A stretch of 64,000 nt of DNA, from NCBI RefSeq assembly GCF_001194135.2, contig NC_068990.1, forward strand, positions 66,138,638 to 66,202,637, in the 5' to 3' direction. Within the stretch, counting starts at the first letter, position 1; each line of letters begins with the position of its first letter. Under the pieces are notes generated by a model. The model saw only the letters and a list, made by a program, of their open reading frames with translations. It was not told the DNA's origin and searched no databases. Shown here in pieces: positions 13,480-25,200 of this stretch. A program made the translations under genes and the position numbers. The DNA comes from Octopus bimaculoides (Eukaryota).

Positions 13480-14180
13480 GACGTTATTGTTGTACTATCG
13501 GTAGCGGTTAGGGTTCGCTCTTTCTATTGCTCCTGTTGTTGTTTCGGAGGCTGCTACTCTTCGTACTGATGTTGATGTTGTGTTAGAGGTGTCTACAGCA
13601 GCGGGTTTTTTCTTTTTCTTTGCATGGGACAGAAAGCCTTTAAGTGGCTTGTTTTGCTACAAATATGGCATCTCAGAATTCTACCTTCAACTTCTACGAA
13701 TAGAAGTGTACCATTGAGAAGGTTGATCAGGTCAGGGATTGCATTGATATTGTCATATCGGCGTGTGTCAATAATTCCATTCCCATATTTGACCAGTTTT
13801 CCTTTCCCATTTCATGGACATAGAGAATTATAGTTTTATTCTCTATGCCGTATTTTACGACTGCCACAAGGAAAGAGATGTCCACTTCTGATGTTACTTC
13901 TGCTGCCTTTATTTTAACAACCCTCTGACCAATGTATGTCGAAATCAGGCTCATATTGTCAGTTGTGAGTGTTGTTGTTGCACATTCTTTAGATTTTTCT
14001 TCAGTTGGGAATCCCACCTCAACTGTTTCAAAGCTCCTCTGCAGGTGACATACGTTTTTAACCCACAGACTGGTCCTATGCATTTTTTGATCTGGGCCTG
14101 CGTAATTCACATCCGTCTTTGGATTGTTATTGAAATATATTAGTATTTAATTGTTGATTTGTTGTATCTTCCTGTATTTC
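13480..14180 (-). pseudogene. Tx1/L1-like LINE ORF1 remnant with CCHC zinc knuckle
   Basis: Minus strand reads ...AIPDLINLLNGTLLFVEVEGRILRCHICSKTSHLKAFCPMQKKK, a C-x2-C-x4-H-x4-C knuckle at 13629-13670. Frameshifted relative to ORF 13727-14110. Confidence 0.7.
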
Positions 14181-14344
14181 CTTTGGCTAATTTATAAATA
14201 CTATTTTACCATCTTTTGTTAAGTATGCTTTGGAGTCATTTGACATTTTCTGGGACGTGCCAACTTTTCCACTCAACGATATCCTTGTGTGAAACCGTTC
14301 CCATTTTCTTTAGAAATAATAATAGCCGCTGTTTTCGTCGTATT

Positions 14345-14535
14345 AATGTTTGTATTGGTGGTGGCGGTGATAGTGGTGGTGGTGGTGGTGGTGGTGATAG
14401 CGTTTGTGGTGATAATGGTGGTGGTGTTGGTGATAGTTTTGGTGATATGGGTGGTGGCATGATAGTGGTGGCGGCGGTGATAGTGGTGGTGGTGGTGGTA
14501 GTGGTGGTAGTGGTGGTAGTGTTGGGGTGATGATA
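14345..14535. repeat. Degenerate (GGT)n microsatellite
   Basis: Direct reading. Confidence 0.9.
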
Positions 14536-14861
14536 GAGGTCGTGCTTGTGTTATTTTAAATGTTATCCTGCTCGTCACTGTCGCTGTGTGTGAATTGTCT
14601 ATCGACTATATCAGTTAGTGGTGGGAAATAATGTCATAATGGTTGTTCCAACGGCCATCATATCACTCGATTTGAGGGAATATTGCTATTTTTGTTTTGA
14701 AATCTGAAATTTAAAAATCTCGCCAAAACATTTCGCGGTCAGCAAAGTGAGCTGGTTAATTTAGTAAGCCATCCAACAAAGATTCGAATACCAAACGATG
14801 AAACTGTAGATTTCAAAGAAAACTTACCAGCCACGAACAAGCGCCTTCTCTTTCAACCATG

Positions 14862-14886
14862 TAATAACAACAACAACAACAGCTGC

Positions 14887-14919
<33 letters not shown>

Positions 14920-15006
14920 AATAATGATAATACTAATAATAACAACAACAATAACAACTGCAGCAGCAACAACATCAACAACAATAATAATGATAATAAT
15001 AATAAT
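14862..15006. repeat. Mixed (CAA)n/(AAT)n microsatellite
   Basis: Direct reading. Confidence 0.9.
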
Positions 15007-15770
15007 ATTGGGCAAATTGGCCCAAAAACATGTGAATTACTATAAAAGGAAAACGAAACAATCTCATGTATTATGAATGAGTGAGTGAGTGTAGCAAACC
15101 TGCCCAAAAGCACTACAAAAGGAGTCACGATAACGTGGCTAAGTTTGTTCACCGGAGACAATGTGAAATGTACGGCCTGGACAGAGAAAGAAACGGTACG
15201 AACATGAAACAGAAGGAGTCACCGAGGACAATAATTATAAGATAGTGTTGGGTTTTATAAACGTATGTGAACCCCTAATCAGTGCTCGGATAACAGATTT
15301 TGTTGTGGTAGATCGGGAAAAAGGAAACCAAGATTATAGATATTGCTACACCAGGGGGTACTCGCATAAGTGAGAGATAACTAGAAAATATTGAAAATTA
15401 CAAATTACTAAAAGACGGAATTCCAAGAATATGGACTATAACGTGCGTGTCTGTCATCGCAGTAGTTGTGGGCGCACACGGAGCACTAGCAACCAAATTC
15501 GAGAAATATGTCAGAGAAATCGGCATTGAAATGAGAGCAGAGCAGGCCCCAAATACTGCTCTGCTGGGGACAGCTAGGATTTTGATATTGGCACTTGAGT
15601 ATTGAATGTTTTTCACTATAATTAACAACCAAGTATCAAAGCTTATAATGTGTTGAAGGAGACCCTGTGAGACCTCTGAAAAAAGGCAGTTGTCTGCTCT
15701 TACAGAATCAACCAGAGTAAACCAGACCGAACGCTCTGAGAAGTAAAACAACAGTGATGATAATGATATT
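15007..15770 (+). mobile_element. 5'-truncated R4/Dong-like retrotransposon (zinc motif, REL endonuclease, 3' UTR), decayed
   Basis: ENETIS..SECSKPAQKHYKRSHDNVAKFVH...KIIDIATPG...NYKLLKDGIPRIW...VIAVVVGAHG...TALLGTARIL, with stops and frameshifts. Confidence 0.85.
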
Positions 15771-15779
15771 TTTATCTTT

Positions 15780-15925
15780 TCTTCAAATTTTGGCATGAGG
15801 CCAGCAAGTGCGGTGGAATGGTTAAGTCGATTACATCGACCCGAGTGCTCAACTTACCTACCGACGCTGAAAGGTTGAAAAGCAAAGTCGACTTCAGCGG
15901 AATTTTAACTCAGAACGCCAAGGCA
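15780..15925 (-). mobile_element. SINE family A fragment
   Basis: TCGATTACATCGACCC...AAAGTCGACTTCAGCGGAATTTTAACTCAGAACG is the reverse complement of the family A body. Confidence 0.75.
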
Positions 15926-15937
15926 GAAGAAATGCCG

Positions 15938-16018
15938 ATAATAATGATTATGATGATGATGATGATGATGATGGTGATGACGACGACGATGATGATGATA
16001 ATGATTATAACGATGATT

Positions 16019-16067
<49 letters not shown>

Positions 16068-16127
16068 CAATGACGACGACGACGATGATGATGATGACAA
16101 TGACGACGATGATGATAATGATGATGA
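15938..16127. repeat. (GAT)n/(GAC)n microsatellite
   Basis: Direct reading. Confidence 0.95.
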
Positions 16128-16369
16128 CAGCAAGGATTATTTCAGTTTTCTTTTCTTTTTGGCAAAGGAGCAGCAGATCAGGGTCTCATTATAAGGACAA
16201 TTTACCCTTTGTTCTGAGGTCTACGTAAAAGATTAGGCAAAGAAAGACACTGGTAGGAAAAATGAGATAGAAATATATATATTGCACAAAGTATTTGAGC
16301 CCATGAATGATGAAATCCTCCTGAAACAGGGCAATCTTCAACTAGCTTCGATCAATGAATCCTACAGTT

Positions 16370-16735
16370 TTAGGATCACAATGAACACTAACGGCACAAG
16401 TCTCACCCAGTTGCTGTTCTCCAATCTGCAATTAGGCTCAATCACCCTAACCATTTTTACCACACTCATCCACCCATCTTTTGATATATTCACTGGGAGA
16501 GAGTACTTTCCTCTCTACTCTCACTTTCATTTCCAAGTGGAACTTAAAGACATCTATAGAGACTTCACCAAAGAGGAAAGTGCGTGTCCTTAATCGTTTC
16601 AGCCGTATCCATCATACGACCTATTCAGCCATAGCTACAAAACAGAGAAACACTGTCTGTTTTGCCTTGTTGTAGATGGGTGGATAGATGATAGAGATTA
16701 TATCATCTGACGCCTCTGTAATTATTACTAGTTTT
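16370..16735 (-). pseudogene. Tx1/L1-like ORF2 C-terminal remnant
   Basis: Minus strand: IISIIYPPIYNKAKQTVFLCFVAMAE*VV*WIRLKRLRTRTFLFGEVSIDVFKFHLEMKVRVERKVLSPSEYIKRWV, matching the AKxxIWxxR...FxxHLxxxxRxER...FxxRW tail pattern. Confidence 0.6.
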
Positions 16736-17224
16736 AAGGAGACTGATATATTGTTTACTATATGTATAATTAATTTTCAGTATGTCAAACACAGAATCTG
16801 TATTTCGTGTCCTACTTTGATCATTAAAATACACCGTGAATTTGCGAATCTCACAGCATCTCAGTCAAGCCTCGTTGACCGTAATGTCATGCTTGCGTGG
16901 CTTTTTCTGTACTGCAATAATATCAAATTACTAACGTAGGGATATTGTTCCTAATTCCCTCCCTGAATATGTCCTACGAAAAAAGTTCAAAATTTTTGCT
17001 TCATTGACGTCCACACAATCCTGCTCTCCCACATTACTATTTCTATTTTCTAAAATATTACTAATCAATATTAGTAATCAATATTAACATAGACCACAAC
17101 AGCAATAATAAAATAACACGAATAATTGTCATCATTGGTCATTAATCACGCAGCACCGTAACAAAATTCTAATATATCTCTCATTAGTGAAAGATAATTC
17201 TCCATAGCTAAAAAACAATTACCA

Positions 17225-17650
17225 GTAGGAACAGATATGACTCTGTGGTTAAGAATCTTGCTTTGCAGTCGCTCTGTCTCGGGTTTAGTTCCACCCTTTG
17301 GCTCCGTAGACAAGTGTGTTCTAGTATAGCCCAGGGGTTATCAATAGCTAGTGAATTTGGTAAACGGAAACCGTGTGGAAACCCGTCGTATATATGTGTG
17401 TATGTGTTTATATTTATATATACATATGTGTATGTGCCGTTGTCTGTATTTATCATCCTCCACATCTTGACAACCGGTGTTGGTTAATTTACAGGTCAGT
17501 GATTTAGGGTGTCAGCAAAATCGACCGATAGTATAAATGTGAGCCTTAAAAGAAAGACAAAAACCCTAAGTACTATGGTTATCTTGGTTGGCCAAACCTC
17601 TTCACGGCGGTGCTCCAGTATGGTCGCAATAACTGACAGAAATAAAAGGC
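17225..17650 (+). mobile_element. tRNA-derived SINE family C, diverged near-full copy
   Basis: Head TGACTCTGTGGTTAAGAATCTTGCTT...GGGTTTAGTTCC, body GGTAAACGGAAAC...CCCGTCGTATATATGTGTG, tail GGCGGTGCTCCAGTATGGTCGCA; 3' half shared with 35515-35745. Confidence 0.8.
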
Positions 17651-19869
17651 GGAAAATAACAGATTAACAATATAACAAACCGTGAGAATTACACCGCAGT
17701 GTGAACAGACATTAATTGTTCGTATCCTCTTTAGTATTTTTAGCCAAAATATGTAACCATAAAAAAACTCACTCAACACAGTTGTAAATATTACGATAGT
17801 AAGGGATAGCTGTTCACTTTAAACAGTAACAGACGTGTAAAACTGACGTGTTTCGTTGGTTTCCAGGGCATTGCTCTATTTTAGTCGGATTACACTGGCA
17901 GGAAATTTGTTTTTTCATCTGACTGATCTTATGAGAACTGAACACAAGCAGGAATTCAGCAATGATCCGTTAAAGAGAAGCCATTTTATCGATATTATAA
18001 TAAAAATATTTAAAAAATTATAACTTTGTCGAAAGAGGGAAAGCAGCATTCATAGTATTTTTTTTCTTCAGAGCCTATAAAACTAATGGAAGGAGATGGA
18101 GAGAGGAAGGTTATCTCCTTATCCTCAAATCACAGACTTGGTTCTAATGCTTCCAACAGAGTGGACTCCGCTAAAGGCATTCACGTGTAAAGTGATGGTG
18201 TGAAACGAGGCGAAAGTGTATGTTTATTACTCATAAAAAATTAGCATCCGTTCCAAGAGTGGGCTGCCGTCCATAAAGGCTCAGGCGATCAAATTTTGCA
18301 CGAAATTTAAACACAAGGTGAAGCAGTAGTACCATACAACTGTTCGAAATGATGCAGAGTTGCGAAGTGAAATTCTTAATGGCATATTCATGTGTACACC
18401 CGACAAATTCTCAACAAATTAACTTATATCCTCTCTGAGTTAAAAGTCAATGGTAACAATAGTAATTACTAGGCAATCTCGTCTAAGCTCTCTTTTTCTC
18501 AGCCCTAAGTTTGGCTAACTTTATCAAATCTATTCTAGACACACATCTATTGCTCAATCCTTTTCGCTACTCACTTACGAAAATCTGTTTCTCTCTCGTA
18601 ATTTTTACATTTTACAATATTTTTTTCCCTCGTTATCATTACTCTTTCTCTCTTGTATATCTATGTTACGTCACGATTTCCTCTCATCTTTCTCATCTCT
18701 CTCTCTCTCTCGCTCTCTCGAAGTCACGTCATTTAACCCAAATCTATTCTATTCTTTTAATCCATTACTAATCTTTATCCACTTCTTTTCATTGATTATT
18801 CTCTTTTTTATCCTTCTATGATAATACTTTAAATCTCTATATTCTGCACCTCTATATTTTATCTTGAGCATGCGTAGTCCTTGAGCAAATCTCTTGTTTT
18901 TACGTTGCTGCAGTTCACGTAGTTGTAATTGATCGACCCGGCGACGGACTGGCGCCCAGTTCAGGCGGGAAGTTGGGATCTTGGTCACTGCTACGCCAAA
19001 GAAACCGAATAACTGACCCCATGACTATTAAGACTCGAGACTGTAACGCTCAGGGTTGAAGACATAATCTATGATATTGACCCCAGTTGAAACCCCCTAC
19101 TTTATGCTATCAATTACTTTGTCGCAATTATTTACTGCTTTACTCAAGCGCCTGATCGACATTTCTTCATTTATTTCATTCTCATCATTCTACATCTCTA
19201 TCTCTCCCTTTGACAAACCTTACTTCTCACTACAATTATCCCTTAATTTCCATTATCGACCACATCTCACTTCTACGCTTCATTATCTGTTTTTTTTTCT
19301 ATCCATTTATTCCCCTCTTTTCATTTTATCTCTTAGTTAATTTATGTCTCTTTCTTTCAATCTTTTTTATCAATTTTTTTTACGCTTTCACTCTCTTTGA
19401 CCGTTCTTTAATTTTAAATTCCTCAAACAAATCCAATAAAAAATTTGCTATTTGTCGTTTCTTTTAGTCTCTCCTGAAACTAAGTCGAAGACAAGAAGCA
19501 TTCTTTTTCAAAAAATAACATTAAAAAAGCCATTATTATTCAGTATTTTTGTGCCTGTATCAGTCAATTACGTATTGACTGTGAAATCTCATCTCGAATA
19601 AATATATAACTACCGAATCCGTCAAGTTCTTTTTGATTCGTATTCTTTCAATGATGTCCCCATCTATCTTTGGATAAAACAGTGAAACAGAAGAGTTCCA
19701 AGAAACTAATGACGTTTTATGGAGATGTAAACGAATATAATTTCTTCAAACCATGAAATATGCTTTGTCTGAGATAGAGGAATATATGTATTTCTAACGT
19801 TTCGGACAGCTGTCGATATCATTATCGTTGCTGTTATTGTTGCTTTTGTTTTGTTGTCCATCGCCACTA

Positions 19870-19961
19870 CTATTACCAGCAGCAGCAGTATCAGTAGCAG
19901 CAGCAGCAGCAGCAGCAACACCACCACCACCACCACCACCACCACAACCACCACCACCACA
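19870..19961. repeat. (CAG)n/(CAC)n trinucleotide tract
   Basis: Direct reading. Confidence 0.9.
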
Positions 19962-20563
19962 GGCATTTGTTTGGGTCACCTTTTCTAGACCTTTCTCAGA
20001 TTTCTGGATGCGCAATGCTATACTAGAAAGGGCTGCTCAGACGCTCTCGAACCCATCGAACCGTACTGCTGTTCTTTCAACTCGACAATGCAGCAACGTT
20101 AGATGGGCCCTGAGCCGCTCGCGTGCAGATGCGTGACTGAGCGCTCCCAACCCGTTAAGCCTGCACATATCACCACTATTCCATCGCCGTGGGACTTGAA
20201 GAGATATCTGTACGTTTAAATATCTATGCCATACGTTTGTACGACACCTATAGCACCCACCCCTCCCCAAAATCTGATATCAAGTGACAAGATGACTGGG
20301 TGGTTATGGAGCTCACATGTTTTATTATCCCGGAATTTAACCGGTCCAGTGGTTTTATATCAGAATGTTCTCCCAGTCTTTGCCCAACCAAAGGCTCACT
20401 GCAAGACAGCAATGAAGGATTTGAATTCGGAGTTACCTTCTCCTAGACAGATTGCCTTCCCCACGGCTTTATTAAACCTTGGAGCTCCATCTACCCCTTT
20501 AACTACTCCACAAATACACACAAAGCACACAAATCAGATACAATAAAAGGCGTAAAAATACAA

Positions 20564-20637
<74 letters not shown>

Positions 20638-21039
20638 TTATAAAATATCAGTTTCCTCAAAGATGAAAGAGAAAAAAAAAACACGTACACGCAGTATATA
20701 CACATATATTCAATAATTAAAAATGTAAATCAATATATATTAAGATATATATACACACACACGCCTAACACTCACCCACAGTTCACCACACCAAACACGC
20801 TCCATGGTATACACATCCACAATTCAGCTAACTACATACATATGTACATATAATAATTGGATGGCCGTTGACTCTAAAGAGTTCTTCCACCCTTTTTCAG
20901 GTCTTGTTTTTAGTCCTGCAAGTTGTCCAATACACACCCTCTTCACCAAGTGGAATTATTAGGAGAGCCGGTTTAGTCGCCAACGACCCGACCATGGGAT
21001 ATTACTGGGTTACATGGTACAAGTAGCGTAAACAACCTG

Positions 21040-22490
21040 ACATCAAGAGGCGGTAAGGTTCTTGCAAAACTTTTACTTCATCGGCTAGCAATGTCGATAT
21101 GCCCCTCCGTTATCCTCGAAGATCAGTATGGAAGATCGTCAACTCGAGGAGAAATGCATCGAACATCGCATGGCTCTTTACCACGTTTTTCTTGATTTAA
21201 CAAAAGCCTTCGACACTGTTAATAGGACAGTTCTCTTGACCATTCTTGGTAAACTTGGATATCCACCTCAATTTGTTAACTTGTTTAAGTAACTTCATAG
21301 TGATATAAAAGCTCGTCTTAACTTCAATTCATCACTATCGGAACCAATTTCCATCGATAACGGAGTTAAAGAAGGTGATATTGCAGCTCCAAAACTTTTT
21401 TTCCATATATTTTTCCACTATCTTGCACGCTTTCTAGGACTCATATCGGCGTCTATATTAGTTTCAGAACCAGATGTAAGGTCTTTGATGTTAAACGCTT
21501 CAATGCAAAGTCGAAGACAATCCAGGCCCTTGTTCGAGAACTCCTTTAGACTGATGATGTAGTTCTCGTTGCTCTCACTATGGAGGACATGCAGGCTATA
21601 TTGGATCTCTTCTCTAGAGCTTGTATTACTTTTGGACTTACCATCAGTCTAAAAAATAAATATCATATTATTTCAGCCACCAGGCAAACTCTATGTGGAA
21701 CCTAACATCTTTGTCCAGGGTACAAGATTAGATGTGGTTGACTTGTTCATCTACCTTGGCAGCACTTTCTCTGGAGATGGATCCCTTGACTCTAAAATAA
21801 ATCTGAGAATTGAAAAGGCCAGCAAAGAATTTGGAAGGCTTGAAAATTGTGTGTAGTCTGATAGAGTATCACCCTCAAAATCATGCTTAGTATCTATGAA
21901 TCTTGAATTTTAACGATCCTCTTGTACTCTTCTGAGACCTGGACGACATATCAGTGCCACATCAAGGGTTTAGAAAGTTCCACCAGTCTTGCCTAAGGCG
22001 GATACTAGACATCAAATGGATGTCTTTAACACTAGACACTGTTGTTCTTCAGCAAGCTAACACACCCAGTATTGAAATGATCCTCATACGCAATCAGATG
22101 CGTTGGGTTGGGCACCTTGCTAGGATGCAAGATGACAGGTTCCAAAAGGAGTTATTTCGCGGGGAATTGCAGTGTGGCAAACGTGCGAGACATAAACCTA
22201 AGAAACGTTTTAGGGATGCTGTCAAAAGCAATCTTAAGGTTGAAGTCTGTGAGCAAGATCGATCGGTTTGGAAAAAAATGATTTACAATAGTTTGAAGAA
22301 CGAATAATTGAACAATCTATCTTGAAACGAGCACTTCGTAGACAGGATTTAACTACAATCTCAGACACTTTCCTACTTAAAAATATTTGTAAGATCTGCA
22401 ATAGAGTTTGTTTGTCAAGAGCAGGACTTGCTAGTCATATCAGATCTCAAGACAGTATTTATTAATTGAAGAGATGGCCTTCTTCTCTAA
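21040..22490 (+). pseudogene. RTE-clade LINE ORF2 remnant (reverse transcriptase to C-terminal C2H2 finger), 5' truncated
   Basis: GKVLAKLLLHRL; VFLDLTKAFDTVNR; NGVKEGDIAAPKLF; RELL*TDD (YADD site broken); FIYLGS; RWVGHLARMQDDRFQKELFRGEL; CKICNRVCLSRAGLASHIRS. Many stops and frameshifts. Confidence 0.92.
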
Positions 22491-23651
22491 AGAAGTGGCA
22501 ATTATCATGTATGTATGTATGTATGTATGTATGTAGGTAGGTAGGTAGGTACTTCCTCTATTTTTAACTTTAAAGAAAGAGCTGGTTTCTAACAGAGATA
22601 CAGAGCCCCATTGTTGGAACGTAAATAACAAAAACAATGTCACATGTTGAATTTAAGGAAAATCTTACATATATTCCTTTTTCCATTTAAAGGCTGTATT
22701 TGTAATGTGCAAGTTGGCCGGTTGGCGTCTTTATCAGAAAATCGTAGCTTTTCCAGATTGTTGTTTAGGTATTTACTAACAAAATCAAGTACATAAATTG
22801 TTATTGGTATAAATGTGAACTTATTATATGTGCGTATGTGTGTATGTGTGTATATATGAATGTATGTATATGTATGTATATTGTGATTAAAATTCTCTAT
22901 GCTGCATAGACTTAGCATTGCCGTAGATAAGTCTACAGCAATTCTAATACTATGTAACATGGAATGTGTTTGTAAAGACGTGAGGGAACATAATGACACA
23001 TCCATGCACACCTGTCCATAATACAAGCACTGTTTACGCAGAAATAGGAAATAAGCCCCATTTTTAAAGGTGCATGGACTGACTTAAGAAGGGAAGAATG
23101 TAAAATGAAATTAAGAGAAACTGCTCAAGTGATTGCTTTCTTTCTTTGTGGTATCAAAGCAATCGATCAGTGATAACCACCTTTTCAGTCATCGTTTTCC
23201 TCTATATTCTTCTCCCATTCCAGTAACTCAATCAATAAACCTGGGATCGATACTAGTTATCTCAAAATGCATCGAATCTAAAAGTAGATGATTTTATCGT
23301 TTTTTTTCCTGATATTTGTTTCCATATTTGTTTTTAAAATATCTTTTATTCCAATTTTTTATTTGAATACAATATATATATATTTGTTTTTACATATGTT
23401 TATATCTAAATATATAAATACATATACACACATATATGTATACATATCAATATACATACACGCATATTATATATATATATTATTTNNNNNNNNNNNNNNN
23501 NNNNNNNNNNNNNNNNNNNNNNNNNNNNNNNNNNNNNNNNNNNNNNNNNNNNNNNNNNNNNNNNNNNNNNNNNNNNNNNNNNNNNNNNNNNNNNNNNNNN
23601 NNNNNNNNNATATATATATATATACATAAATACATACATTTCAATACTTAT

Positions 23652-23694
<43 letters not shown>

Positions 23695-23704
23695 TACACA
23701 TACA

Positions 23705-23753
<49 letters not shown>

Positions 23754-23998
23754 GTGATATAATATGTGTGTGTGTGTGTGTTTTTTTTTTTTGATTTGGT
23801 TATTTCAAGTTTTATTTCGGAATTGTGAAGATCAAGTTTCCTAGCTGCTGATATTTCCTTTAATGGCTGCTTTGAAAGAGGAATGAGAACGAAGATATGG
23901 TGATATTTCCTTCAAGAGGGCTTAAAATCGAGGTCGTTGTGGAGTGTTAAGCTGATGAAAATACATGGCCGGTAAAACCATTTCAACAATATTAACAG

Positions 23999-24142
23999 TA
24001 ATGATTATAATGATAAAATATTAACGGTATCTACAATTTCTAAACCTGGCACTTGGCCGCAAATCTTCCTGATGTTTGATGAGCATATATTTGATGTAAA
24101 TCCTTATCGAGAGGAAATATATGAAGTTGATTTCTGCAAGAT
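23999..24142 (+). CDS. Candidate internal exon (phase 2-2), product unresolved
   Basis: AACAG acceptor, GTGAGT donor, 144 nt with open frame NDYNDKILTVSTISKPGTWPQIFLMFDEHIFDVNPYREEIYEVDFCK. No expression evidence. Confidence 0.3.
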
Positions 24143-24218
24143 GTGAGTTGTAAATGCAAAAGGACGATAATAAATTATAGAAGGTATCAACCAAATGTAC
24201 CACTCAGCGATGTAACAA

Positions 24219-24294
<76 letters not shown>

Positions 24295-24322
24295 CATCAT
24301 CATCAGCATCATTATTATTATT

Positions 24323-24530
24323 AAGGCGGCGTGCTGGCAGAATCGTTAGCACGCCGGACGAAATGCTTAGCTGTATTTCGTCTGCCGCTACGTCTGAGTT
24401 CAAATCCCGCCGAGGTTGACTTTGCCTTTCATCCCTTGTAGGTCAATGAATCAAGTACTAGCGAAACACTGGGGTCGATGTAATCGACTCACCCTATCCC
24501 CCCAAACCGATGACATTGTTGCAAAATCTG
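24323..24530 (+). mobile_element. tRNA-derived SINE family A
   Basis: GGCGGCGTGCTGGCAGAATCGTTAGCACGCCGG (A-box-like), GAGTTCAAATCCC (B box), GCCTTTCATCC...AGTAC...GGGGTCGATGTAATCGACT central domain. Confidence 0.88.
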
Positions 24531-24577
24531 AAACCATTATCATTATTACTCTTATTATAATAATTATTATTATTATT

Positions 24578-24631
<54 letters not shown>

Positions 24632-24632
<1 letters not shown>

Positions 24633-25012
24633 GAAATGAGCAAAATGTGGAACCTGAAGACTAAAACAATACTTATTGTCATAGGTGCCCTGGGAATGAC
24701 AGCGAAACGGGCTGATTACTACCTAGCTCAGATACCAGGAAACCCCAAAATGGCTGAAGTTCAAAAGATAGTGCTCATGGGAACTGCCCATATCCTACGT
24801 AAAATACTGTCTATATGATCTCAAATTTTAAAACAAACACATAATTTTCTTATGGTTTCTTAAACATTCTCTAGAACAACACTATGTACAAATCCAAATA
24901 TATGGTACCCTAGGCATAACACCTACATGAACTTCTAACTTGTTGTCTCTTGAGGTCTCTGGATGAGACTTGGATCCAACTTGTACAAATGCAAAGCAAA
25001 GGTCAAACATAA

Positions 25013-25046
<34 letters not shown>
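24632..25046 (+). mobile_element. Short 3' R4/Dong-like fragment between two (AAT)n tracts
   Basis: MSKMWNLKTKTILIVIGALG...VQKIVLMGTAHILRKILSI*, paralogous to 40-264. (AAT)n at 24582-24631 and about 25015-25047. Confidence 0.85.
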
Positions 25047-25047
<1 letters not shown>

Positions 25048-25048
<1 letters not shown>

Positions 25049-25200
25049 GTGTAGACAGGAACACAAGAAAACTACTAACGTCTAGGAACATGCATCACTC
25101 CAAAACAGACGTTGATCGTAAGTACCTACCTAGACGTGATGGGGAAAGGGGATTGATGCATGTAGAATTGTGCTCTAAGACCTCCTCAATAGCAATGAGC
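25048..25200 (+). mobile_element. R4/Dong-like RT thumb fragment
   Basis: DRNTRKLLTSRNMHHSKTDVDRKYLPRRDGERGLMHVE matches DxxTRKLLT...HHPKADVDRLYLPRxxGGRGL. Confidence 0.75.

Noticed and set aside
18200-18420. Possible IS630/Tc1-like fragment (VRNDAELRSEILNGIFMCTPDKF)
   Set aside because: Too short, with no catalytic motif or TIR visible.
20880-21045. Possible inverted RTE 5' UTR (twin priming) ahead of the RT remnant
   Set aside because: I cannot show it belongs to the RTE without a consensus.
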